Shown piece after piece: positions 10,667 through 19,812 of a stretch of 64,000 nucleotides of DNA (positions within the stretch are counted from its first letter, which is position 1; every line of letters starts with the position of its first letter). The stretch is taken from NCBI GenBank assembly GCA_963816145.1, contig CAWFJP010000009.1, positions 32,001 to 96,000 of the forward strand, read 5' to 3'. The translations under genes and the position numbers were made by a program. The stretch is from an uncultured delta proteobacterium. Lineage in GTDB: Bacteria > Desulfobacterota > Binatia > UBA9968. Under the pieces are notes generated by a model. The model made no database searches, was not told where the DNA came from, and was given only the letters and a program-made list of their open reading frames with translations.

Positions 10667-11503
10667 TTGGGCCCAGCAATACCGGCGGTTCGTTTTGTCC
10701 GGTCGATTTTTCATCCCTCTGACTTTTCCGCAGCCAGCGAGTTGGCGTTTGCCCACGCCCTTGCCATCGCGCTGATCCGAAAAACCGAGTTGATCATAAT
10801 GCACGCTCGCCGCGGTGAACGAGAAGACTGGTCCAAATTTCCGGCCGTTCGAAAGACTCTTTCGAGGTGGCAGGTGCTTGAGCCGGGGAGCCGACCCTTC
10901 GATGTTTTCCAAAGGCTCGGAATTGCTGTAACCAAGGTCAGCACGCGGGGCGATCCGGTGCGAGCGTGCATACGACAAATTGAGAAGCAAAAACCGGACT
11001 TGGTGGTGCTTGCCACACGCGGGCAGCGTGGCTTGCCGCTTTGGCTCAAACCATCAGTAGCTCAAGCGATCGCCCGTCGCAGCGAAGCGATGACGCTCTT
11101 TGTGCCCCGTGGTTGCCGCGGCATGGTGTCCATTGACGGAACCATTCATCTGCGCCGCATCCTGCTGCCGGTCGACAGCGAGCCCGATGCGCAAGAAGCC
11201 GTGGTTCGGGCGGTGCGTGCCGCCGAAGCCTTTGGTGATGAGGCGGTGGAAATTGTCCTGCTGCACGTCAACGGCGGCGAGTTCCCGAAACTTCAACTGC
11301 CCGAAGGTAAAGACTGGGGATGGAAGGAAGTGCGCCGCCACGGTAACGTCGTGCCTGTGATCCTCGAAGCCGCCGAGCAGGCGGATCTGATTGTCATGAC
11401 GACCGAAGGTCGGCATGGCGTTGTTGATGCGTTGCGCGGCAGTGTGACGGAGGGTGTCGTGCGCGGCGCGCCTTGTCCGGTTTTGGCGGTGCCGGCAAGG
11501 TAA
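10667..11503 (+). CDS. Tandem universal stress protein
   Basis: HPSDFS, DLVVLATRG, ADLIVMTTEG..GSVTEGVVRGAPCPVLAV. Confidence 0.88.
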   Translation: MGPAIPAVRFVRSIFHPSDFSAASELAFAHALAIALIRKTELIIMHARRGEREDWSKFPAVRKTLSRWQVLEPGSRPFDVFQRLGIAVTKVSTRGDPVRACIRQIEKQKPDLVVLATRGQRGLPLWLKPSVAQAIARRSEAMTLFVPRGCRGMVSIDGTIHLRRILLPVDSEPDAQEAVVRAVRAAEAFGDEAVEIVLLHVNGGEFPKLQLPEGKDWGWKEVRRHGNVVPVILEAAEQADLIVMTTEGRHGVVDALRGSVTEGVVRGAPCPVLAVPAR

Positions 11504-11683
11504 AGGATCGAGTCGGGAGTGAGGTTTAACGGTTCACAGCGGTTGGCAATTAGCGTCAACCGCACCCGAGTTGCCAGGGTTGAACGATCCGCCGAAGTTT
11601 TCTTTCTCTGCGCCGAGGCGATTGATGCACTAAATTCGAGTGCCGAAACAAACTTTGTATGATGTTGTATGCGAGCGTCGGAT

Positions 11684-12916
11684 ATGAAACAAGAGCCAAA
11701 TTCTGTTACATCCCAAGCGTCAACTTCGACTAACGATCGGCTCCTAGAATCACAGGACTTCTCACTGGTCCTTGGCGGGCCGCTATTCCAGCTGCTGCGC
11801 GTGTCGCATCTGTCCGGGGACGCACTGGAATTGTTGCAGCAAAGAATACTCATACTCACGCTGCTCGCTTGGGTGCCACTGCTGGCGCTCTCAGCTCTGG
11901 AGGGACAGGTTCTGGGCGGCCGCGCCGCCGTGCCTTTTCTGCTGGACGTGGAAGCGCATGTCCGCTTTCTTGTCGCGCTGCCGCTGCTGATTGTTGCGGA
12001 GTTGGTAGTTCATCAGCGCATGCGCTTCGTAGTGCGGCAATTTCTGGAGCGTAATTTGATTCCCGCAAGCGCTTTGCCACGGTTCGATGCCGCCATCGCG
12101 TCAGCCTTTCGTTTGCGAAACTCGGTTCTCGCCGAGGTGCTGCTGATCGCAGTTGTATACATCGTCGGAATCCTGATTATCTGGCGCCATTACGTGGCGC
12201 TTTCCACCGCCACTTGGTACGCGGTGCCGACCGCCGGGGGTTTGCAGCTCTCGCTCACCGGCATGTGGTATGGATATGTGAGCCTGCCGCTCTACCAGTT
12301 CCTGCTGGTGCGCTGGTATTATCGCATCCTTATCTGGACGCGTTTTCTCTGGCAGGTGTCACGCATCGAATTGAGCCTGATTCCGACCCATCCTGACCGT
12401 GTCGGCGGTCTGGGGTTTCTCGCCAACACGGTCTACGCCTTCATTCCGCTGGCGGTGGCGCACGGTGCCATGCTTGCGGGACCGATCGCCAACCGTATTT
12501 TCTACCTCGGCGCCGGGCTGCCTGAGTGGAAGGCCGAGATCGCCGTCCTGGTCGGCTTTCTGCTGTGCCTAGTGCTCGGTCCGCTCTTGGTGTTCGCGCC
12601 TCAGCTTGCTCAGGCGAAGCGGACAGGCAATCGCGAATATGGCACGCTTGCCGAGCGTTATGTGCGCGAGTTCGACACCAAGTGGTTGCGCGGCGGCGCG
12701 CCTGCCGATGAGCCGTTGGTTGGCAGCGCCGATATCCAGTCCCTCGCCGATCTGGTCAACAGTTTCGAGGTTGTGAAGACGATGCAAATCGCGCCGATTA
12801 CAAGAGACGCAGTGATTCGCTTGGTGGCCGCGACGCTCGCGCCGGTTGTGCCTTTGGCGCTCACCATGATGCCCCTGGAAGAGCTATTGAAGAAGCTTTT
12901 CGGCATACTGTTGTAG
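11684..12916 (+). CDS. Conserved hypothetical multi-TM membrane protein
   Basis: About 8 hydrophobic helices; DFSLVLGGPL, HPDRVGGLGFL, SADIQSLADL. Confidence 0.8.
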   Translation: MKQEPNSVTSQASTSTNDRLLESQDFSLVLGGPLFQLLRVSHLSGDALELLQQRILILTLLAWVPLLALSALEGQVLGGRAAVPFLLDVEAHVRFLVALPLLIVAELVVHQRMRFVVRQFLERNLIPASALPRFDAAIASAFRLRNSVLAEVLLIAVVYIVGILIIWRHYVALSTATWYAVPTAGGLQLSLTGMWYGYVSLPLYQFLLVRWYYRILIWTRFLWQVSRIELSLIPTHPDRVGGLGFLANTVYAFIPLAVAHGAMLAGPIANRIFYLGAGLPEWKAEIAVLVGFLLCLVLGPLLVFAPQLAQAKRTGNREYGTLAERYVREFDTKWLRGGAPADEPLVGSADIQSLADLVNSFEVVKTMQIAPITRDAVIRLVAATLAPVVPLALTMMPLEELLKKLFGILL

Positions 12917-13108
12917 GATGAATATCGCAGAGGTAAAACCCGAAGCACGAAATTCGAAACAAAGCGCAGCCAAATGAATGTCAAACTTGAAAAACTCAAA
13001 ACACCGGCTCCGCTGCCCCCGTTTGAAACATTTCATTTGTTATATGTTTCATGGTTTGGAAATTGTTTCGAATTTCGATATTCGGATTTCGGATTTTGAT
13101 TGAACCGG

Positions 13109-14182
13109 ATGCCGTTGAAAACTTGCTCTCTATCCGAGCGGTCGCTCTGGCTTTTTTCGCGCCGCGCCGATTTTTGGCTCGCCTGCGGCGGGGCTTCAGT
13201 CGGACTGCTGGCGGCGATGGGTCTAGTCTTCCTTCATGGCGACCGGGAACTCGACGCCGTCGATTTCGTACTATCCGAGTTTCATCTGGGAGCGACCTAC
13301 GGCGCCATCATCCAGCGGCGGTTGTGGCGTGATCGACGGATCGATGTGTTGCTGATTCCGCTGGTCATTCTAGCGCTGACTTATGCGCTTTCGATGAGCG
13401 GCCAAGCGATCTTGCTGACTTCGATCGCGATGTATACCGCGGTCTGGCACCGTGGCCGGCAGAGTCTCGGCGTGGCGCGATTTTATCAGCGTGGATCAGG
13501 AGGGCCGGTATCGCAGGCGCACAATATATTGTTCCGTGGAGCCATCTATCTGCCGATGCTGGCGGCGACGCTTGCCTACACCCATTTGGCATCCACAGAC
13601 TACGAAGGAAAACCATATTTGGCCCTGGACGGCGGCGCAGAAATTACTTCGTTAATCGGCTTCGCCGCTGTGTGCTGGGTTATCGCTTATTTTGTCTTCA
13701 CGCTTTTTCAAACCGACAACGGGCGGCTGAGTCGCGCGGATCGGACGCGAGGTTTGCTAGTTCATCCGGGTGAGTATTGGGTGGTTCTGGCCCATGTCAT
13801 CGCCTTTGGCAGCGCTTACGCGCTCGGTGCCTCGAATGCGTCGTTTGTGTTGGTTCTCGCCGTCCATCATGAAGTGCAATACCTCTATTTTAGCTATGCT
13901 ATGGCGCGGCGGCAGGTGCCATATAATGGCGTGACGGAAACGGCTAGTGACGTATCAACGAAAAGTATCAGTTTTAAATCTTCGTACAATGCTGGTGATC
14001 TGCCACGCCGCGAATTGAAATCCGCCGCTTCTTTTCTTCTCTGGCCCGTTGTTGGTTTTGTCGGAGCCATTGTCGGCGGTTGGCTCCAACTCAAGTGGCT
14101 GGCGCCGTTGGGATTGGGCGGGCTTTTTTGTCATTACTGGCTCGATGGCCGCATCTGGATTCGCCGGTCGTTTCTGAGGTGA
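13109..14182 (+). CDS. Hypothetical His-rich integral membrane protein
   Basis: Multi-TM with spaced His motifs FHLGATY, WHRGRQ, HHEVQY, HYWLDGRIW. Confidence 0.72.
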   Translation: MPLKTCSLSERSLWLFSRRADFWLACGGASVGLLAAMGLVFLHGDRELDAVDFVLSEFHLGATYGAIIQRRLWRDRRIDVLLIPLVILALTYALSMSGQAILLTSIAMYTAVWHRGRQSLGVARFYQRGSGGPVSQAHNILFRGAIYLPMLAATLAYTHLASTDYEGKPYLALDGGAEITSLIGFAAVCWVIAYFVFTLFQTDNGRLSRADRTRGLLVHPGEYWVVLAHVIAFGSAYALGASNASFVLVLAVHHEVQYLYFSYAMARRQVPYNGVTETASDVSTKSISFKSSYNAGDLPRRELKSAASFLLWPVVGFVGAIVGGWLQLKWLAPLGLGGLFCHYWLDGRIWIRRSFLR

Positions 14183-14612
14183 AAGAGAAACCCATTGGTG
14201 CGCCATGGCGGTGCGCGTCCGGGTGTGCGTGAATCTCCGCGAAACGATAAGATAAAAAATTTTAACAGAAGAAAATTGGCAGAAGGGATTTTATCAGGAG
14301 GTAACGGAGAGACAGAGATGGATTATTTGGAGAACTCCGTTTTCTCTGTTTGCTTCTGTTGAAGAATGGAATTCGAATTAGACGAATTTCTGGGCATCGC
14401 GCGTCGCTTCCAAGTGTCGCTTCTTTGTTGCGTTCAGGTCGGCCGGCGAATCCTCCACTTGAGCCTATGAGACCGGCAATGGCATCAATGGGCGTGAACT
14501 TGCCGTTGCGGAGGGGTGCGTTGCAACCCGCCCGGCGGTTCCCGGATGAACCTTGCTGGCAGTGGCATATTTTTTTGGCATGATGAAGCTGTCGTCACTT
14601 ATTGGCACCAAC

Positions 14613-15617
14613 ATGAGCGATAAAAAACCTCCGCCGGGCGCGTTCCAGTGGCGATCCGGCAATACGTTAGCGCATGGTTTGATTGGCTTCTTGGGCGCTA
14701 CGATTTGTTTGGCGCTCGGCTGTGCGCCGGTTCCTACGGCGAAATCAAGCTCGTCCAGCCAGTCACAAAGCGAAACAGGCGCGTCACAAATCACTCTCGA
14801 TCAACTGCGCAATGCGACCTATCGCGGCATATATGATCGCGCGGTGACGCTGACCGATGGCAAATACGATGGAACGCCGTTTCAACCGGGAGCTGCGGCC
14901 CGACCACGGCTGGTCTTGGCCGGCAATTTGGTGGCGCGCGGCGATCTGGACCATGACGGCGCCGACGATGCGGTCGTTCTGCTCGCCGAAAGCTCCGGCG
15001 CAAGCGGCACGTTTAATTATCTAGCCCTGGTTGCAATACAAGACGGCAATCCGCGCAATGTCGCCACCGAGCCCCTCGGTGATCGCGTCCAATTGCGCTC
15101 GATGACAATCCTCGACGGGCAGCTGATCGTTGACCTGGTGGCGCATGGCCCGAGCGAGGCTATGTGCTGTCCGACGCTCAAGCTGCGGCGCACGCTGGCG
15201 CTCCGCGGCGATCGCTTAATTGAAGTCAGACGGGAGGAGATGGGCCCGATCTCGGTTGCTGATTTGGCAGGCGTTACCTGGATGTTGGAAGAAATCAGCT
15301 TCGGCGAGCCGGTGGCGGTGGTGCCCGCGATCAGCTTGCGAATCGACAAGAATCAAATTGTCGGTGCCGCCGGTTGCAACAACTATTTCGCGCCGTACAC
15401 CAGCGACGGGCCCGGTAAGCTCAAGGTGGCGGCGCCCGGAGCGACACGCAAAGCCTGCAGTGATCCAATTATGAATCTGGAATCGCGCTATCTCAAAGCG
15501 CTGGAAGACGTAACGTCGTACAGTTTTGTCGCCGGGCGCCTTGCCTTGACCTATCGGCGCGAGGGCGCTGTCGCTTCGCTGTTGTTTACACCGAGTGTTA
15601 AGTCGCTCGCTGATTGA
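14613..15617 (+). CDS. META/HslJ-domain lipoprotein
   Basis: Lipobox LALGC; C-terminal GAAGCNNY...ATRKAC..MNLESRYL. Confidence 0.82.
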   Translation: MSDKKPPPGAFQWRSGNTLAHGLIGFLGATICLALGCAPVPTAKSSSSSQSQSETGASQITLDQLRNATYRGIYDRAVTLTDGKYDGTPFQPGAAARPRLVLAGNLVARGDLDHDGADDAVVLLAESSGASGTFNYLALVAIQDGNPRNVATEPLGDRVQLRSMTILDGQLIVDLVAHGPSEAMCCPTLKLRRTLALRGDRLIEVRREEMGPISVADLAGVTWMLEEISFGEPVAVVPAISLRIDKNQIVGAAGCNNYFAPYTSDGPGKLKVAAPGATRKACSDPIMNLESRYLKALEDVTSYSFVAGRLALTYRREGAVASLLFTPSVKSLAD

Positions 15618-15953
15618 CCGGCCGTCCAGAGAAACCCGATGAGATGATTACCCTCGATCGTGGGGCGCCGACGTGGTAGGAATTGCGGATTCGGAACCGG
15701 ATAATTAACCGCAAAGGGCGCAAAGAACGCAAAATTCGGCAAGGACAACTCGCGACAAAGGACATGGATTCGACCTCACTCACCACAGGCTCCGAGCACG
15801 CAGAAAGAGACTTAACTTCCGAACCTTCGTGTCCTTCGTGCCATCGTGGTGAAAAAGTCATTACAGTAAACCGGGAAGCAGCGACGTGATAACTGATTAA
15901 GCGCCCAGTAGCGGCTTCGTTCAAAAACTAGGTCGACCGATCGGAGGGGCTGA

Positions 15954-17072
15954 ATGGACAATTCTTTGCGAGACCTGACTCACACCACTCTGCTTTTACT
16001 GTTTATCGGCCTGCTCATCGGCGGCAGCTTTTGGATTCTCAAGCCATTTCTGTTGGCGCTGATCTGGGCGATTATGATCGTGGTGGCGACCTGGCCGCTG
16101 TTGCTTGGCGCGCAGTCATGGCTCGGCGGCCATCGCTGGCTCGCCGTAGTGGTCATGATCGCCGGCGCGATGATGATCCTGATCGCGCCGATCACCCTCG
16201 CCGTCATCACCGTCGTCGATCACTCGCTGGATATCGTCGCTGGCTCAAAGTCGCTGCTATCCTTCGCCACGGCGCCACCCCCCGATTGGGTGGAACATCT
16301 GCCGGTGATCGGTGAGAAAATCGCCACCGAATGGCGCAGACTTGCGGCCGGCGGCACCGAGGGGTTGGCGGTGCGCGGACTGCCATATGTCGACGATATT
16401 GTCGGCTGGTTCGTCAGCCAGGTTGGCGGATTGGGAATGATGCTGCTCCATTTTGCACTGACGCTGCTAATCGCGGCTATTCTATATTCTAACGGCGATA
16501 TCGCCGCCGAGGCGGCGCGCCGATTCGCCGCGCGCCTCGGCGGTGCGCAGGGCGAGAACGCGCTAAGTCTCGCGGCCCAAGCGATTCGCGGTGTCGCGCT
16601 CGGCGTCGTGGTAACGGCAGTGGTCCAGTCGGCGCTGGCGGGCGTCGGCCTGGCGCTGGTTGGCATTCCTTACGCGGCGATCCTGAGCGCGGTCATGCTG
16701 TTATTGGGGATCGCGCAGATCGGACCGATGCCGGTGCTGGTTCCCGCGGTGATCTGGTTGTACTGGGCTGGCCATGCCGGCTTGGGCACGGTGCTCTTGG
16801 TGTGGACCGCCGTTGTCGGCACGATGGATAATTTTTTGCGCCCCATGCTGATTCGGCGCGGCGCCGATCTGCCGCTCTTGCTCATCTTCGCCGGCGTGAT
16901 CGGCGGCTTGTTCGCCTTCGGCGTGATCGGGCTGTTCGTCGGCCCGGTAGTGCTGGCGGTAACCTACACTTTATTCAATGCTTGGGTCGAGGGCGCGGCG
17001 CCCGAGTCTGTGGCCGGGATTGCGGCCACTACCGCGAAGGCAAATAATGAATTAGGCAACGATGGAACGTAA
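15954..17072 (+). CDS. AI-2E family transporter, YdiK-like
   Basis: LKPFLLALIWA, DNFLRPMLI, FAGVIGG..FG.IGLFVGPV. Confidence 0.9.
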   Translation: MDNSLRDLTHTTLLLLFIGLLIGGSFWILKPFLLALIWAIMIVVATWPLLLGAQSWLGGHRWLAVVVMIAGAMMILIAPITLAVITVVDHSLDIVAGSKSLLSFATAPPPDWVEHLPVIGEKIATEWRRLAAGGTEGLAVRGLPYVDDIVGWFVSQVGGLGMMLLHFALTLLIAAILYSNGDIAAEAARRFAARLGGAQGENALSLAAQAIRGVALGVVVTAVVQSALAGVGLALVGIPYAAILSAVMLLLGIAQIGPMPVLVPAVIWLYWAGHAGLGTVLLVWTAVVGTMDNFLRPMLIRRGADLPLLLIFAGVIGGLFAFGVIGLFVGPVVLAVTYTLFNAWVEGAAPESVAGIAATTAKANNELGNDGT

Positions 17073-17356
17073 ATTTCCAAGCGACCCGCGCAATACCACA
17101 GATGATCATGAGGATGCCAGAGACTTGGGGTAGAAAAGGCCGGGAGAAAAGAGTGGCGAGTGTAGAGTGTCGAGGGGAAATTCTTGATTCCCCGCGATAC
17201 GCGCTGTTTCTCACTTTTCCTCGTTCCTCGACACCCGACCCTCGTCCCTTCGTTCCACCAAGCGCTTGTCGACCGGCGCAATAGCATGAAGTGATATTAG
17301 GCCTTTGGCCGATCGATCGTGACAGCCAAAGCGTGCCGATCAACAGATATAAATCA

Positions 17357-18037
17357 ATGCGTATCCTGGTTGTCGAAGACACCATAAAAGTCGCCAGTTT
17401 CATTCAACGCGGTCTCGAGGCGAGCCAGTATCAAGTCGATGTCGAACACGATGGCGAGGCTGGGTTGAACCGCCTGATGGTCGAAGACTACGACCTGGCG
17501 ATTCTCGACGTCATGTTGCCGAAAATGGACGGCTTCAGCGTTATTAAGGCCATGCGCAAACAAGGCGTCAAAGTGCCGGTCTTGTTGCTCACCGCCCGCG
17601 GCGCGGTGGAAGACAAAGTCGCCGGCCTCGATGTCGGCGCCGACGACTACCTGACAAAGCCTTTCGCCTTCGAAGAACTTTTAGCGCGCGTGCGCGCGTT
17701 ATTGCGCCGCGGCGCTGCCGCGCCGGAGATGCTGGAGCTTGCGGACTTACGCCTCGACCCGGCGAAGCGACAGGTGACGCGGGCCAACAAGCGCATCGAT
17801 CTAACGGCCAAAGAGTTCGCTTTGCTCGAATACTTGTTGCGCCGTCAAGGACAGGTCCTAAGCCGCTCTGTGATCGCCCAACATGTCTGGGGTGTCGATT
17901 ACGATACCTTTACCAACGTCATCGATGTTTACGTAAATTATTTGCGCAAGAAGATCGATTCGGACTTCCAAATCAAACTACTCCATACCGTGCGCGGCGC
18001 CGGCTATGTGCTCAAAGCAGAAGCGCCAGAATCATGA
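17357..18037 (+). CDS. OmpR-family response regulator (CusR/ArlR-like)
   Basis: RILVVED, LDVMLP, LTAR, GADDYLTKPF, LHTVRGAGY. Confidence 0.95.
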   Translation: MRILVVEDTIKVASFIQRGLEASQYQVDVEHDGEAGLNRLMVEDYDLAILDVMLPKMDGFSVIKAMRKQGVKVPVLLLTARGAVEDKVAGLDVGADDYLTKPFAFEELLARVRALLRRGAAAPEMLELADLRLDPAKRQVTRANKRIDLTAKEFALLEYLLRRQGQVLSRSVIAQHVWGVDYDTFTNVIDVYVNYLRKKIDSDFQIKLLHTVRGAGYVLKAEAPES

Positions 18038-19470
18038 GCCTGCGGCCGGTTACCCTCAGAGGGAGATTGATTCTGTGGTCGAGCGCCGTTCTGGCGGTGA
18101 TGCTGGCGCTGTCGGGCGTCGCTTCGCTGATGTTGCTCGACCGCAGCTTGCGCAGCAACGTGGATTCGTCGTTGGATTCCATCGGTCAAACGGTCGCCGG
18201 CGCGGCGCAACAAACAGCGGGTCCGGAATTAGGCCTCGATGAAACGCTGGAATCACTGCTCGGCGCCGAGCTTGCCCAGCGATTTTACGATCTACTGGAC
18301 CCTTCGGGACGGCGCGATCAGCGTTTGAGAGCGCGGCGCCGCGGGCAGTTGCCGCTGAGCATCGACGCTTTGCGTAACGCCGCACAAGGCGAACGCACCT
18401 TCGAAACTTTTCCTGCTCCCGATGGAAAGGGAAGTCCTATTCGTCTGCTCACGCTGCCGGTATTGAGCGAGGGTAGAGTGGTAAACATAGTCCAGGTTGC
18501 GATGTCCCTCGAAAGCGTTGAAGCCGCACGCCGCGGCTTCCTGCTGATTCTTTTAGGTTTGGCGCCGTTGGCACTGGCGGCCTCGGGGATAGGCGGTTGG
18601 TTTCTCGCGCGCCGCGCGCTTGCCCCTGTCGACGCTCTCGTCGAGTCGGCGCGTAAGATTGAAGCAGAAGACTTAACGCAGCGTCTACCTGCACCGCCGG
18701 GCCGGGACGAATTGGGGCGTCTTACGGAGGTGCTCAACGACATGCTCGGCCGCTTGGATCGCTCGTTTAGCGCGGTGCGTCGTTTTAGCGGCGATGCGGC
18801 CCATGAACTGCGCACGCCACTGACGATTCTCAAAGGTGAAATCGAAGTCGCGTTGCGCTCATCCGCCGACGGCTTGGAATTGCGCCGGACTCTGGAAAGC
18901 TGTCTGGAGGAAGTCGACCGGCTAAATTCCCTGATCGAAGATTTGCTGCTGATGACGCGCATGGACGGCAATGCGTTAAGTCTTGCGCTGCAGACAGTCG
19001 ACCTTGCCGAGGTCGCGCGCGATGTCACCCCCGCGGTGCAAGCCCTCGCCGAAAAGGTTGGCAGCCAATGCGCGCTTGTTGCAACGGCGCCGCTCTGGGT
19101 GCGCGGTTACGAGTCTTTGCTCTTTCGCCTGATCTTCAACCTCGCCGAAAACGCCATCAAATTCACGCCCGCTGGCGCTAAGATTGAAATCACTGTCAAA
19201 CCCAGTGACAGCGTGGCGATCATCGAGGTCCGCGACAACGGTCCGGGCATCCCCGTCGATCAGCAGGAGCGCATCTTCGAGCGCCTGTACCGTGGCGATC
19301 CAGCGCGGGAGGGCAGCGGCAGCGGGCTCGGCCTAGCTTTGGTTCGTTCGATCACGCAGCTTCATCACGGGAAAATTTCCCTGTCCAGCGCTCCCGGAGA
19401 AGGGGCCTGTTTCCGCGTCGAATTGCCGCTCGCCGCGGCGCCGAATGCGCCGGCGCCAAGCAAAGATTAG
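18034..19470 (+). CDS. HAMP sensor histidine kinase
   Basis: Two TMs, HAMP, AHELRTPL, NLAENAIKF, DNGPGI, GSGLGL; overlaps the regulator stop. Confidence 0.95.
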   Translation: MSLRPVTLRGRLILWSSAVLAVMLALSGVASLMLLDRSLRSNVDSSLDSIGQTVAGAAQQTAGPELGLDETLESLLGAELAQRFYDLLDPSGRRDQRLRARRRGQLPLSIDALRNAAQGERTFETFPAPDGKGSPIRLLTLPVLSEGRVVNIVQVAMSLESVEAARRGFLLILLGLAPLALAASGIGGWFLARRALAPVDALVESARKIEAEDLTQRLPAPPGRDELGRLTEVLNDMLGRLDRSFSAVRRFSGDAAHELRTPLTILKGEIEVALRSSADGLELRRTLESCLEEVDRLNSLIEDLLLMTRMDGNALSLALQTVDLAEVARDVTPAVQALAEKVGSQCALVATAPLWVRGYESLLFRLIFNLAENAIKFTPAGAKIEITVKPSDSVAIIEVRDNGPGIPVDQQERIFERLYRGDPAREGSGSGLGLALVRSITQLHHGKISLSSAPGEGACFRVELPLAAAPNAPAPSKD

Positions 19471-19522
19471 GGCATCTTCCCTGTTTTGTCTTGTGAGCAT
19501 GCATCTCGGATTCGGAGATTTA

Positions 19523-19658
19523 TCCCGCCAAGGCGCAAAGCTTGGATTTGTTGTCATATCGACCATAGGGAGAAATCATTCTTAGATCCCTCGTTTGCGC
19601 TCGAGATGACGGACTTGGGTCCGTCATCTTTGCCGCCGTTGCGGCTTTGCGGCAGATA
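19523..19658. repeat. ~140-bp composite palindromic element, copy B (inverted)
   Basis: CGCCAAGGCGCAAAG...TTGTTGTCAT.TCGAC...GGGAGAAATC...GATGACGG...TTGCGGCTTTGCG shared with copy A. Confidence 0.75.
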
Positions 19659-19706
19659 GTCCGAGCTTCTAGAACAGATTTTCCAGCCGAAAGCTTGAAC
19701 ATCCAC

Positions 19707-19744
19707 ATTAGAAAATTCTAATCCAATTCTAACTCTCCTCTAAT
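19707..19744 (+). promoter_or_regulatory. Putative OmpR-type binding site: three (T/C)TCTAA(T/C) repeats at 11-bp spacing plus one inverted copy
   Basis: TTCTAAT 19716, TTCTAAC 19727, CTCTAAT 19738; inverted ATTAGAA at 19707; lies between the kinase and degP. Confidence 0.6.
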
Positions 19745-19812
19745 TTCGCGGTGTTAGTTTCGACGTCGAAAGATATAAACACCGTGGAAGTCATCCACGA
19801 AGGAGGAGAAAG

